A DNA stretch of 64,000 nucleotides, filler included, from Dimargaris cristalligena (Eukaryota), in NCBI GenBank assembly GCA_003614675.1. It is 3 parts of 3 records of this genome, joined end to end, with 100 filler letters (N's around TTAATTAATTAA, not from the genome) between each part and the next. Parts side by side here need not be neighbours in the genome. Positions count along the whole stretch, not along the records: positions 45,111 to 64,000 come from ML002748.1; 2 more parts are not named here. One strand, 5' to 3'. Position 1 is the first letter of the stretch, and each line of letters begins with the position of its first letter. Below the pieces are notes generated by a model. That model was given only the letters and a program-made list of their open reading frames with translations. It was not told the origin of the DNA and made no database searches. A program made the translations under genes and the position numbers. Shown here in pieces: positions 50,139 through 60,508 of the stretch.

Positions 50139-52376
50139 CTAGATAAGGTGCCCAATATCCAGAGAGCGTCTTGTAAACGGCGAATTACGTAATATCCGAA
50201 TCTCGTCGGCGATTTTGAGGGTTGCCTTCCATAGACCACTAAAACTATCCAAAACCTGAATGATTTCATCTATGAAACGAGTGGCATGTTGCCTATCGGC
50301 ACTCACAACTGCGGTGTAATAGACAGACCCCATGCCGTGGATGCGTTCATTGCACACCACGGCAGCAGGATAGAAAGACGCAATAAGTATGGCACTGCTG
50401 ATGAAGGCAGGCGGGATAGCCGAATCGATTAGCAATCCGCGAAGCCGGACAGCGTAGGTCCAGCACCGCTCGTGGCATTCAGACAGAGTGCGGCCAGTCA
50501 AATCCCCCGCCGTGTGAAGGACACTGGCCAGCGCCATACCGGGAAAGGGGCCCGTACTGTCGGGAGAATGGCCGTCGAAATGGTTAAGGTAGATGATCAG
50601 CATGGCACATTGTACTCGGACCTGAAAGAAGTAAGTGCTGGCTTCCACCTGGGTAGGAAGATCAGACGTGCCTTCCGCTTCCTGCCAATCTGTGCGGGCC
50701 AGTGCAGTATACCAGTTGTACCATTGTTCCAGTTCGCGATTGAGGCCAGGCAGACTATTTAACCAGGCTGCGGGGTCAGTGGCCTGGAGCGCCCGGAGCT
50801 TGGCTACCCGATGACCAAGAATATCTATATCAACACTTATTACAATAACATTGTTTTTAAGGCGAGTATAGTTGACTACGGTGGGGTACCCTTTTCTAGT
50901 AAAGATGTCCGATTCCGGGTTAGCCAGCTGGATATTCAGCTGGGACTCAACATCGCAGTCAGGTCGGGGTAGATTAACGCAGCAGGCATCCAGGTCAATC
51001 AGTGGCCGATGCCTATATAGGAGTGCGGCCAGCATATCCTCTTTGATATTAGCCCACCATATGATACGGTAATATTCGCGCAGTATTTCGTCTTTTAAGT
51101 ATGGTATGTCCTCGGTGTCTCTATTTCCGGCCATAGCATAGGCCGACCGCGGAAGTGGATTGGGGTGGTCCATGATATAGACTCGGGCTGATTGCAGTTT
51201 ACGAATCGCAGCGGTAGTAAGATTCTGGTGGAGCGCGAACAGACCCAGGTCCAGGGAAAACTTGAGCAGGATACCTATGATAAGATATGTGTCTGGGTCG
51301 GGGTCGACCAGGCAGAGGGGGATCATGGACAGGAGCCGGGAATAGTAGGCAAGGCTAACGGTGAGGGGCGGGACAAGGTCAAAAACGGGGTGATCTGAAA
51401 ACGGAGCTACCGACAACATGGCGGCCAATTGGAAGGACTGGGGGATGAGACCACGGTCCAGCCGAAATAACATTCGCAAAGTGTTCAGGGGGCTGCACCC
51501 TTTGTGAGCAAAGGTACCGAAATAGGCGATGGAGTGACGAATCACACTGGAATGGTAGAGTAGGTCCGAGGGAAGGACCAGGGTGCGAAGTGCGAGGGGG
51601 GGCTCCGACGCATATTGAGGGCCGTTGTCTGGAATATTAGCACCATCCTGGTTGGCGAGATGGTATATTTGGTCCAAGTAGGATACTCCTCGCGGCGGAA
51701 TCCACCGGTTGCGCATCAACTTGAATAACAACCGCGACGTAATCTGGCTAATACTGTCGTCTACTGGGTAGGTCGGGACAGACTGGCTATTACTATTCCC
51801 CTTCCATGCTGTAGATACAGGCAAATCGGTCTTGCCCATGGCTGGTGGCGTTGTTGGTGTCACAATGGCTAATGGTACCATAGTATTTGCCGTTTCCTGG
51901 AGCTGTTTGGTTCGTGTGAAATGGTTTGTTGGATATCGACCTCGAATCGATGGGGAGTCGGGGATACGCGAGACCAGTGGTTGTTTCGCCAAGGTCACTG
52001 TTCGACCTGCTGTTTGACGTCGATTCACAAGCGAGGTGCAGTCAGTGGCTGGGGCGAGTAGTCTACAACGTGACTGAGAAGCAGAAGCGGGGAGTACCTT
52101 GGCGGCCATGGGTCGGGGTTGGGTAGAGCATGAGTCACCTTTCGCTAATGGTTCAAGCTCCGGGGGGCGTGCCAGGGCTTTTCGTAGACGTGCAGGAGTG
52201 AGCTGGTACTCGCAGCTGGTGGCCCATTTCTGACAGGCAGCGCAGCAGGGCAGTTGTCGGTTACAGCCAGACCTGCGCTTACGGCAAGCGAGACAAGAGT
52301 ATAGGGAATGGCTGGGGGTGACCTGGACTCGTAAGTCGGAGACAACCGCGGCGAATGCGGGGACAACGGGACACAT
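50139..52376 (-). CDS. Zn(II)2Cys6 transcription factor, paralogue A (intronless)
   Basis: CLACRKRRSGCNRQLPCCAACQKWATSC fits C-x2-C-x6-C-x6-C-x2-C-x6-C. A fungal TF middle-homology-like region follows. Confidence 0.9.
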   Translation of the reverse strand: MCPVVPAFAAVVSDLRVQVTPSHSLYSCLACRKRRSGCNRQLPCCAACQKWATSCEYQLTPARLRKALARPPELEPLAKGDSCSTQPRPMAAKVLPASASQSRCRLLAPATDCTSLVNRRQTAGRTVTLAKQPLVSRIPDSPSIRGRYPTNHFTRTKQLQETANTMVPLAIVTPTTPPAMGKTDLPVSTAWKGNSNSQSVPTYPVDDSISQITSRLLFKLMRNRWIPPRGVSYLDQIYHLANQDGANIPDNGPQYASEPPLALRTLVLPSDLLYHSSVIRHSIAYFGTFAHKGCSPLNTLRMLFRLDRGLIPQSFQLAAMLSVAPFSDHPVFDLVPPLTVSLAYYSRLLSMIPLCLVDPDPDTYLIIGILLKFSLDLGLFALHQNLTTAAIRKLQSARVYIMDHPNPLPRSAYAMAGNRDTEDIPYLKDEILREYYRIIWWANIKEDMLAALLYRHRPLIDLDACCVNLPRPDCDVESQLNIQLANPESDIFTRKGYPTVVNYTRLKNNVIVISVDIDILGHRVAKLRALQATDPAAWLNSLPGLNRELEQWYNWYTALARTDWQEAEGTSDLPTQVEASTYFFQVRVQCAMLIIYLNHFDGHSPDSTGPFPGMALASVLHTAGDLTGRTLSECHERCWTYAVRLRGLLIDSAIPPAFISSAILIASFYPAAVVCNERIHGMGSVYYTAVVSADRQHATRFIDEIIQVLDSFSGLWKATLKIADEIRILRNSPFTRRSLDIGHLI

Positions 52377-53293
52377 GTAGGATGTTAACTAGCTGGCAGG
52401 GTAAAGCAAATGGGGGTTAAAACCCCGGGTGAAAAATACAATAAATAACGGGAAGAGAGTAAAAGGCCTGGTGTTGCAGAATATAGAGGTGGCTGATGTG
52501 TGGGGATTTACTATATTAAATAATGATTTCTTGGCAGAAATGCTACCTGTTCAGGCCAGTATGTAGGGGATTGGAAACCTCGGTGAAACAGGTGAAATGA
52601 TCATAATAAATTGGACTTTAAACTTGAACGAAATCCACGGTTAGCCACTTGCCATCACTGATATATTTGAAGTGTGTCGGATTATTACTGCTTTGTAACT
52701 ATTTAGATACAGGGATATGTCGTCGGGTATAATAAGCGCCAATTCCGAATATGCAATATCATTTGCATCAATATATACAGAAGGAATACTCTAGGGATAC
52801 ATCATTGGTAAAGGGAAGGTTATTATTATAGTGAGTATTTGTGAATGACTCCTTGCGAAAAATGGGGCATATATATTTTAGCCACTAGGCGCATTTATAA
52901 GCACCAAAGAATGTCCCATTTTCTAATTATCGGATTCTGTTAAATAGACGTGCCAGTCGCTAAACAACCCTAATCAGCCCGACCAAACCAGGATACTTAC
53001 AATTAGTGTAAACCAGGTATTGTACGAAGCACCAGGCCGGCAACACTGCTTAATTAGACGAATATAAATTACTTTTAGCGATATTATTCATTTGGAATAA
53101 TTTATTAAAATACATACAGTTTAAATGCCAATTTAAATCGGGCCAAGTAGTACTGTTTGGAGTGGGGTTCCGTCAGCTACATAACCAGCCCAAAATAATA
53201 GCCTGTTGACAGGCAGGGTGATAGTCGGCGGAGAGCTCAGCCGACTCGCATATGAAATGTCTGGCATCCTCTAATGGACATCGTCTTTATACT

Positions 53294-55600
53294 CTATAAA
53301 AGGTGCTCTACACTCACACTGCGTCTAGAAAAGGGAGTATCCAGCATATTCTGGACCGCGTCGGCCAATTTAAGATTAATCCTCCAGAGTTGACCGAAAC
53401 TCGCCAAGACTTGGATCATCTCATCGATCAAAAGGGTGGCCAATTTCTGGTCAGCAGGATCAACTGGGCTGGGGTAAGTGGTTCCCATGCCGTGGATCCG
53501 CTCGTTACACACCACGGCGGCGGGATATAAGGAAGAGGAAAATAGGGTATTACTGATAAAGGCAGGTGGAGTGGAGGACTTGATTATTAATTCGCGGATC
53601 CGGACAGTGTAGATCCAGCACCGCTCGTGGCATTCAGTGAGAGTACGACCCATGGAATCGCCGTTAGCCTGGAGGGCATCATTCAAGGCCAGGCCGGGAT
53701 AAGGCTGCGCACTGTCCGGGGAGTGGCCGTCAAAATGGTTAAGGTAGATAACTAGCATGGCACACATGATTCGGACCCGGATGCAGAAGGAATCGGACTC
53801 GCTCTGGGAGGGCAGTGCAGATGTATAGGGGGAAGCACGCCAGTCGTTTTCATTCAATGCAGTGAAGCGGTTGTACCACAGGTCGAGTTCACTATTGAGT
53901 CCAGGGAGGGCCTGAAGCCAGGCCGTGGGATCTGTCGCCTGGCGCGCGCGGAGTTGGGCAATTCGGTGGCCTATAATGATTACCTCGGCTTTGACAATGA
54001 TAATATTATTTTTGATTCGGGAGTTATTGACCATAGTTGGGTAGTCCTTGCCACTATATATATCGGAGTAGGGGTTCGCCAATTCAGCTTCTAAACGGGC
54101 TTCGATATCTTGGTCATGACCAGGCAAATTGACATAGCAGACATTCAGGTCAATCAATGGCCTGTGTCCAAAGGTCAGTGCGGATATCATGTCCTTACTT
54201 AAGTGAGCCCACCATACCGTTCGGTAGTATTCGCGCATTAATTCGTTGCGTATGGTAGGGGTGTCTACTATAGTGTCGGTGTCCGTGTTAGAGTAAGTCG
54301 GTCGCGGGGGTGGGTTGGGGTGATCGATCAGATAGGACCGGACACTATGCTGCTTGCGAATTGAGGCAGCAAGTAGGCTCTGGTGAAGGGTAAGAAGGCC
54401 CAGGTCTAAGGCTGCATCAGTTAGTATACATACTACGGCAAACATGTCCGGGCTAGAGTCGGCCAGGCAACGCGGCAACATAGCAATAAGCCGAGAGTGA
54501 TACTCACTGCTGGCCATTTGGGGTGAGGCGTGTTCGAAGGCGGGGTGATTGGAAAAGGGGGCAACCGTCATCATAACAGTCAGCTGGTAGGCTTCGGGAA
54601 TCAGTTGGCTATCCAGCCGATGGAGAATCCGAAGCCGGTGTAGGGGGCTGCTACCTCGGTAATTGAACGAGCAAAAATCATCTATCGAGTGGCGCACTAC
54701 GCTGGAATGGTACAATAAATCGTCGGGGGAAAATAGTGAACGGGGACTGGGAGGGTTCCTAACAGAGTCCGCCAATGTGCCGTGCAAGGAGACGGTACAC
54801 TCACCCGACGCTTCGCCGTTTGCTGCTGGGTTTGCTAGTGACGATGTGTGGCCAAGATAGAAATTCCTCTGGGACTGAGAATCCGGTAAGTTACGTATTA
54901 GCCTGAATAGCAACCGAGCAGTCCGCTGAGTAAACGTGTCCTTCACTGGACTATTTACGTTAAGTTGCTCGATGCCCGCCACGAGCCAATTTGGTAGCAG
55001 GTTCCACCTGGTTGGGTCTAGCGTAAAGAAGGATGGCGAACTCAGTATAGCACCCGGCACTATATTATCAGAAATACCGTCTTTCAGAAAATCCGGGGTC
55101 CTTGTGGGGAAATCCAATAGCTGGCCCCCAGGCATATATAAGGGGCCCTCTATACCGAGTTGGTCCCTCGCCAAGTCGATATATGCAGTCTGGGTTAGGT
55201 TGACAGCTCGACTCAGGTCCTGAAACGGTGTACCCTCTACAGTGGACGCGAGGGTGGCCCAATGGGTATCCACCGCACTATCGAAGGGTAAGGGCTGAGA
55301 AAGTGGATCTGTCGTCGGTGAAATGGACGGCAATCCGGGTGTGGAGCCGTTCCAAGCACTGTTAAGGTGGATATTCTCGAACAATTGGGCGTGGGCTTTA
55401 CGCAGACGAGCGGGAGTGACTTGGTATCGACAATCGGAGTTCCATTGCTGACATGTGGTGCAGTGAGGCAGCAACCGGTCGCAGCGGACCTTGCGCTTGC
55501 GACAGCGAAGACACGAGTAATGGGAGCGCTCCGAGGATGAACTGCCCTTCAGGGTGGTGGGAGGAAGGGTTAAACTAAGTCTTGTAGCGGCAGGCCTCAT
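53294..55600 (-). CDS. Zn(II)2Cys6 transcription factor, paralogue B (intronless)
   Basis: Zinc cluster CLRCRKRKVRCDRLLPHCTTCQQWNSDC; first ATG at 55600. The C-terminal ~480 aa are colinear with paralogue A. Confidence 0.9.
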   Translation of the reverse strand: MRPAATRLSLTLPPTTLKGSSSSERSHYSCLRCRKRKVRCDRLLPHCTTCQQWNSDCRYQVTPARLRKAHAQLFENIHLNSAWNGSTPGLPSISPTTDPLSQPLPFDSAVDTHWATLASTVEGTPFQDLSRAVNLTQTAYIDLARDQLGIEGPLYMPGGQLLDFPTRTPDFLKDGISDNIVPGAILSSPSFFTLDPTRWNLLPNWLVAGIEQLNVNSPVKDTFTQRTARLLFRLIRNLPDSQSQRNFYLGHTSSLANPAANGEASGECTVSLHGTLADSVRNPPSPRSLFSPDDLLYHSSVVRHSIDDFCSFNYRGSSPLHRLRILHRLDSQLIPEAYQLTVMMTVAPFSNHPAFEHASPQMASSEYHSRLIAMLPRCLADSSPDMFAVVCILTDAALDLGLLTLHQSLLAASIRKQHSVRSYLIDHPNPPPRPTYSNTDTDTIVDTPTIRNELMREYYRTVWWAHLSKDMISALTFGHRPLIDLNVCYVNLPGHDQDIEARLEAELANPYSDIYSGKDYPTMVNNSRIKNNIIIVKAEVIIIGHRIAQLRARQATDPTAWLQALPGLNSELDLWYNRFTALNENDWRASPYTSALPSQSESDSFCIRVRIMCAMLVIYLNHFDGHSPDSAQPYPGLALNDALQANGDSMGRTLTECHERCWIYTVRIRELIIKSSTPPAFISNTLFSSSLYPAAVVCNERIHGMGTTYPSPVDPADQKLATLLIDEMIQVLASFGQLWRINLKLADAVQNMLDTPFSRRSVSVEHLL

Positions 55601-56967
55601 GTGGTAGCTATTTGTTAGGAAGGGTGGGCGGATGTGCAACAAGAGAAATAGAAAAGCTACGGAAAAAGGTATTGGAAGAGCGAGTCTTATCGGTGGGAAT
55701 GGACACAGTAGTTCAGGAAAAGCGTGGCCGCTGGCAGCGAATTCGTCATTTTAGGAGCATATTAAAGGGCAAAGTAGGAAGAAATAATAGTAATATTTAT
55801 ATTAAAGAAAAAGGTATGATATAACCATAAGGCCTAAAAATGCCGCTTTAAGGGAATGGCTTAGAGACCACAGTGTATGGATGCGAAGGCAAATGTGAAT
55901 GTTAATAGTGAGTATGTGCGGGCGTAAATAACTGAGGAATAGTAATTTATTATTGGAATTGATAAATAGGGCACAAGATACATCTAATCAGTGATTGTAC
56001 AGTAACAGGAAGCGAGTAGAATGATGGTCATCTGAGGGCCTCTTTTAGGGTAGACTGGTGTTTATATTGGGCAATTGATGGGCCCGAGATAGTACTTATG
56101 TGTGTAGTAGCCTGAGGTAGTTACTAGTTTGCCCATAGGACTGGTATGCCAAGAGGAAGCCGTGGTTGCAGTGTTCTTGAGGGGCCGAGCAGAACCTTTT
56201 GGTAACGTACCAAGTGTTACTACGGCAAGGTTGATCTTGGTTGGCACCCTTGTAGTATCACCGGGGGATTCAGTAGCCATGGGTAGAGTAGAGGGGTATG
56301 TGGTGTTCTAGTTGGACCATCGGGTTCATGGGACATATGGTTAGAACCGGGTGCCTTTGGTAGTATTAGTTGGCGAGCGTACGTAGGTATAGTAATTAGT
56401 AAATAGATTTATTAACGATACTCAAGATAAGTAATGTTAAATATGGATACTAGTGGGTGAACATATTAAGTAACAGTGATGGCCAGGTTAATCATCCCTG
56501 ACTGACCTATGTATCGAATTGCAGTCTAGTAACTGGATAGTATATCTTCTCTCTTTCCACAGATGGCACTACATAATCCCCCAAAGGAATAGGTACTTTG
56601 ATTAAATAATAATCTGATGTAGCAAGGCCGTTAAGCACTCAAATACCAAATCAAAACCTATATTGACAGGCTTCCTAAAAATGCAGTGCCGTGAAATGGT
56701 CGATGATCAACTTTAAATAGTCAGTTATCAGTTCAGTCGATGGTTATTATGATAAACTTGATTATTATCAACCATTTCAAATGATATGTCGATTCTTGAG
56801 AGGATTTCCACGCCCTCGGGATGTTTACGCCCCAACTAGTGTTTTCACAATTACTAGAATGACCACGCGCTATTCCGCTTGTATGGCGAATAATTGAGAT
56901 GTAGAATTCAATTTAGCATATTTACACCGTATTCTTATTTATTATTTAAACTGTTTCAATCACCACC

Positions 56968-57168
56968 ATGTCCCGCCCCAACTTGGTTTCTGCTAATACG
57001 GCCAACGCCCCTCTCGTTGTCAGCCAGGGTGCGCCCCCTTTGCCGCCAGAGCACCCTGAAAAAGAGCCCGCAACCCCCAATCGTATCCCCAAACCTAGCG
57101 CCGTAAGATTGGATCCTGGCGGCAATACAAATACTCATCAAAAGGTCGATAATATCTATCAGCGATAA
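56968..57168 (+). CDS. Possible 66-aa small protein
   Basis: ATG in a CACCACCATG context, in a GC-rich island within AT-rich flanks. No domain recognised. Confidence 0.3.
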   Translation: MSRPNLVSANTANAPLVVSQGAPPLPPEHPEKEPATPNRIPKPSAVRLDPGGNTNTHQKVDNIYQR

Positions 57169-57711
57169 TGTTGGATTTCGGATAATGTTTTATTTGGGCT
57201 ACGAGGACTGATTGCATCGTTTGTACCACTGTCTCGTTCTAATACACTCGTTGAATTCAGAACCCTACTGAAATCACTTTTCTTAGTTTGATAGTTTTTC
57301 CTGTGCACTAATAGATTTGGCAGAGTAACTTATATATACCATGCTACACTATCGCTATAATATGCGTACGGCAGATACAAATGAGTTATTAATCAAATGA
57401 TTTAAATATAAAGAGTCCAAAAAAGAACCAGTAATCGACTAAAGGCTTACAAAATAAAGTGTAAGTGAAATATAGGCAGGGCGATATAAACATGACTGGG
57501 CGCAAATTGCTTAGGTAGCACATATGCACATAAAATGCATTTTAAAATAGGCCAATACCAGAAACGGAATTGGCACGGAGAAGTGGTTAATTTTTTTAAA
57601 AATGTAAAGACATATTAGTTAGCTAGGAAATACAACGTATTGAAGTTGATGGAGCCCTTGATAAGTGGGGCACGAGAATACTTTTCTAATACGACTTAAA
57701 ACATTGTTCAT

Positions 57712-58405
57712 TTAAGCGCAGAATGAGGAACTGATCCCGCACCAGCCCCATTGGCTGCAGCACTGGCCGGACGGGCACGCTTTAGTGGCGCTGCAAGAGC
57801 CTTCGGGTGAGCCATCAGTGGGATTGGTAGGCTGAGGGTTGATTTCGCCACTGCCTGAGCAAGAACCACTCTGGCAGCCAGTACCGCAGAAGACGTCGCC
57901 TACACCACAGTAACCCCACTGACTACAGCATTGGCCATCAGGGCAAGTCGTATCAAAGTCGCAAGTGCCATCGGTGGAGACGCCCGTGGAATCAATAGGC
58001 AGGGGGTTGCTTCCATCACTTGCCGAACACGGACCGTTCAGGCAACCGGTCCCGCAGAAGGTGTCCCCGAAACCACACCAACCCCACTGGCTACAACACT
58101 GACCATCCACACAGGTATGAGTCGCATCGCATCCTACAATCATGTAAATATGCCAATATCCATGCAAATTACACCTGGGTATTTCAGTTAGTTTCACATT
58201 ACGGTGCGTGGCACTCTAATGGTTTAAAATCAGATAGCAATAGTCCACATGGTTAGGAAAGAAGGTCACTAAACATTATTCACGGCTGTCTGAATATAAT
58301 AATGAATGTAAATTACATACCACCACCGGGAAGCGAGCCTTGAGCCGACACTAGAAGGGGGGCCGCGAGAGCCATGAGAGTCAGAGCAATAACGAAGCGA
58401 ACCAT
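57712..58405 (-). CDS. Secreted chitin-binding protein with three hevein/CBM18 repeats, 2 exons
   Basis: Exon 58405-58321 encodes the signal peptide [21 protein letters not shown] and ends at a GTATGT donor. Exon 58133-57712 continues in phase with three GQCCSQWG(W/Y)CG motifs. A minus-strand TATAAAA lies near 58570. Confidence 0.92.
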
Positions 58406-58998
58406 TGTAGTAGCTGAGGAAAAATAGAGATAGACAGGGCCTGTAGAGAATGGAAATGTCGAAGCTCTTGGTAGAGATGGTCGGGGGTTGAGCCAAGATA
58501 TGAATGCAGTTGAGAGATGAAGTGGTGGGGCTGATGATAATGCAATGAGAGGGGGGCGACCTCTGGCTTTTATATGTTGACCCCATCCACGGCCCAGGTG
58601 GTTATGGTAGGTGTGGTCAGTTAGGCAGTTACCACCTGGATGCCATTAAGTAGACACTTGTCATATAGCCGAAGTCACTCCAGTGCGTGCAGTACCTTAT
58701 TGCAATTTCCCTGAGGCTACTTCTATTCATGTGACGGGTGAATGGGAGAGAACGGTTGTCAGCCTCGGCGTCAACAGCCCCTTGCACAGACTCATAAATA
58801 TGACGGGGTCCGTTGGATCATAGGGTTTCATCGTCCTGATTGGCTACGTATCAGCGTAAAAATCCTTCAACCGATTGAGAATGGGAGTTGGTCGTAATCT
58901 TATGCCCCTTACTCGTGGGATCCACGGTAAAATCCAAATTTGATATTATATTGTGCGCTAGGCATGCGGGAGTAAAGTGTCACACAGGCAATGACAAT

Positions 58999-60508
58999 TG
59001 ACGTGTCTGTCTGCGGTTAATATTATTACTATTATTTCACCGTCCGAGTCATCACTGCTTTGCAGTTTTCCAGGGTATCCCAGCTTTAGTAAACCACGCC
59101 AGAATTGCGTCGCGGTTTTAGTAGCCATTACGCTCCTTTATAAAGGGCACCCTCGGTTGACGAGGAAAAATAATAATCAACATTCCCAACCAGAACTCGC
59201 ACCATTGCACTTCCAATTGCTTTACTTCCCCATTGATCTATGTTTACCATTACTGCATACTCCGAATATGCCTTTGGCTAAACAAAACAATTGGCACTGA
59301 ATGGCGTGGGTTTCTCTGGGGAACACTTATATCGTTAACGCCAGTTCATGCCTCCATCCCCATGTCATTTGCCGAGACAGGTGCAGAAGAGGGCGATTGA
59401 CTTGGTTTGGTGGCGGGCAATGTCTATAATCATCGGCCAATCTCATCGAAACTATGACTAGCAAGAACGGCCGTGTATCAATTATACACGGGATTTTAAG
59501 CCGAGGTACCCTACAGTTGGTGGGAATTCCCGGAAACCTGCCTTTTGGCCAATGTTCAAAAATGTCCCGGTTCACTATTAGCGAAACACTAGCTAATAAA
59601 CCGTACAGTCGTGATTACCAGTAGGTTACCGCAAGTATTGTTCCCCTCCCCCTTTTGTCGTCCAACTAGTACTATGATGTAGCTGGTACGCTTGAACAAT
59701 AGCCCCTTCGAATGTTTTTCTCCCCACCTCCGCCTCCCTGCACAGACCCAGGGCCTCTTGATACCCCCTGATGGGCAGGTTATAATATAACTACTACATG
59801 TTCTAATTTATGCACATATGTAGGGTCTAGAAGGTGAAACTGTACGACTAGTGGCTAGAGTCGGGGTTTCTTAAACGGTGCGGAGGACTTGACTAGACAC
59901 AGTTCCTCGTTCTACTGTAGACCTTTTGTTATACACGCAGGTCTGTCGATCCCCCCGAATCAATTAGTACTTAGATTGGGGTTGCCGAGTCTTAACAGCC
60001 ATGTACATATAAAGTGTGTAAAATATATCTGAATGGAACTGCTATACCCCATACAAAATGCGTGAAATCTGCAGTACTCTGCAATAAACCCTCGGGAACA
60101 TGAAGAAATCCAACCCCAGACCTATAATTTCTTTCAAACTAAACCTCGACCAGCCCATTTCAATGGGCCCTGTAACATTATAATAGTTACTAATAAAAGC
60201 CCGATTCGTTGATTGACGGCGGTGCTGTTTGGACAAAGGTTTATTAAGAGTATGCAGTAATAATATATATATATAAAAGGGGAAGTAAAGTAATTGGAAG
60301 TGCGATGGTGCGACTTCAGGTTGGTAATGGTAATGATTACGACTCCTCGCCAATCAAGGACGTCATTTATAAAAGCCTGGCACGGTTATTAAAACTTAGA
60401 TGCAATTATGGCGCGGTTTACTAAAGTTGGGATACCCCGGAAGAATGTGAAGCAATGATGACTCGGGAGGTCCAATAAGAATAATAGAAACGCAGATAGA
60501 CACGTCAG
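58999..60508. repeat. Diverged inverted repeat with arms at ~58999-59290 and ~60225-60508
   Basis: The reverse complement of the right arm aligns by eye with the left arm, e.g. TGACGTGTCT, CCGAGTCATCA, GGGTATCCCARCTTTAGTAAACC and CGCACCATYGCACTTCCAATT. Confidence 0.88.
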
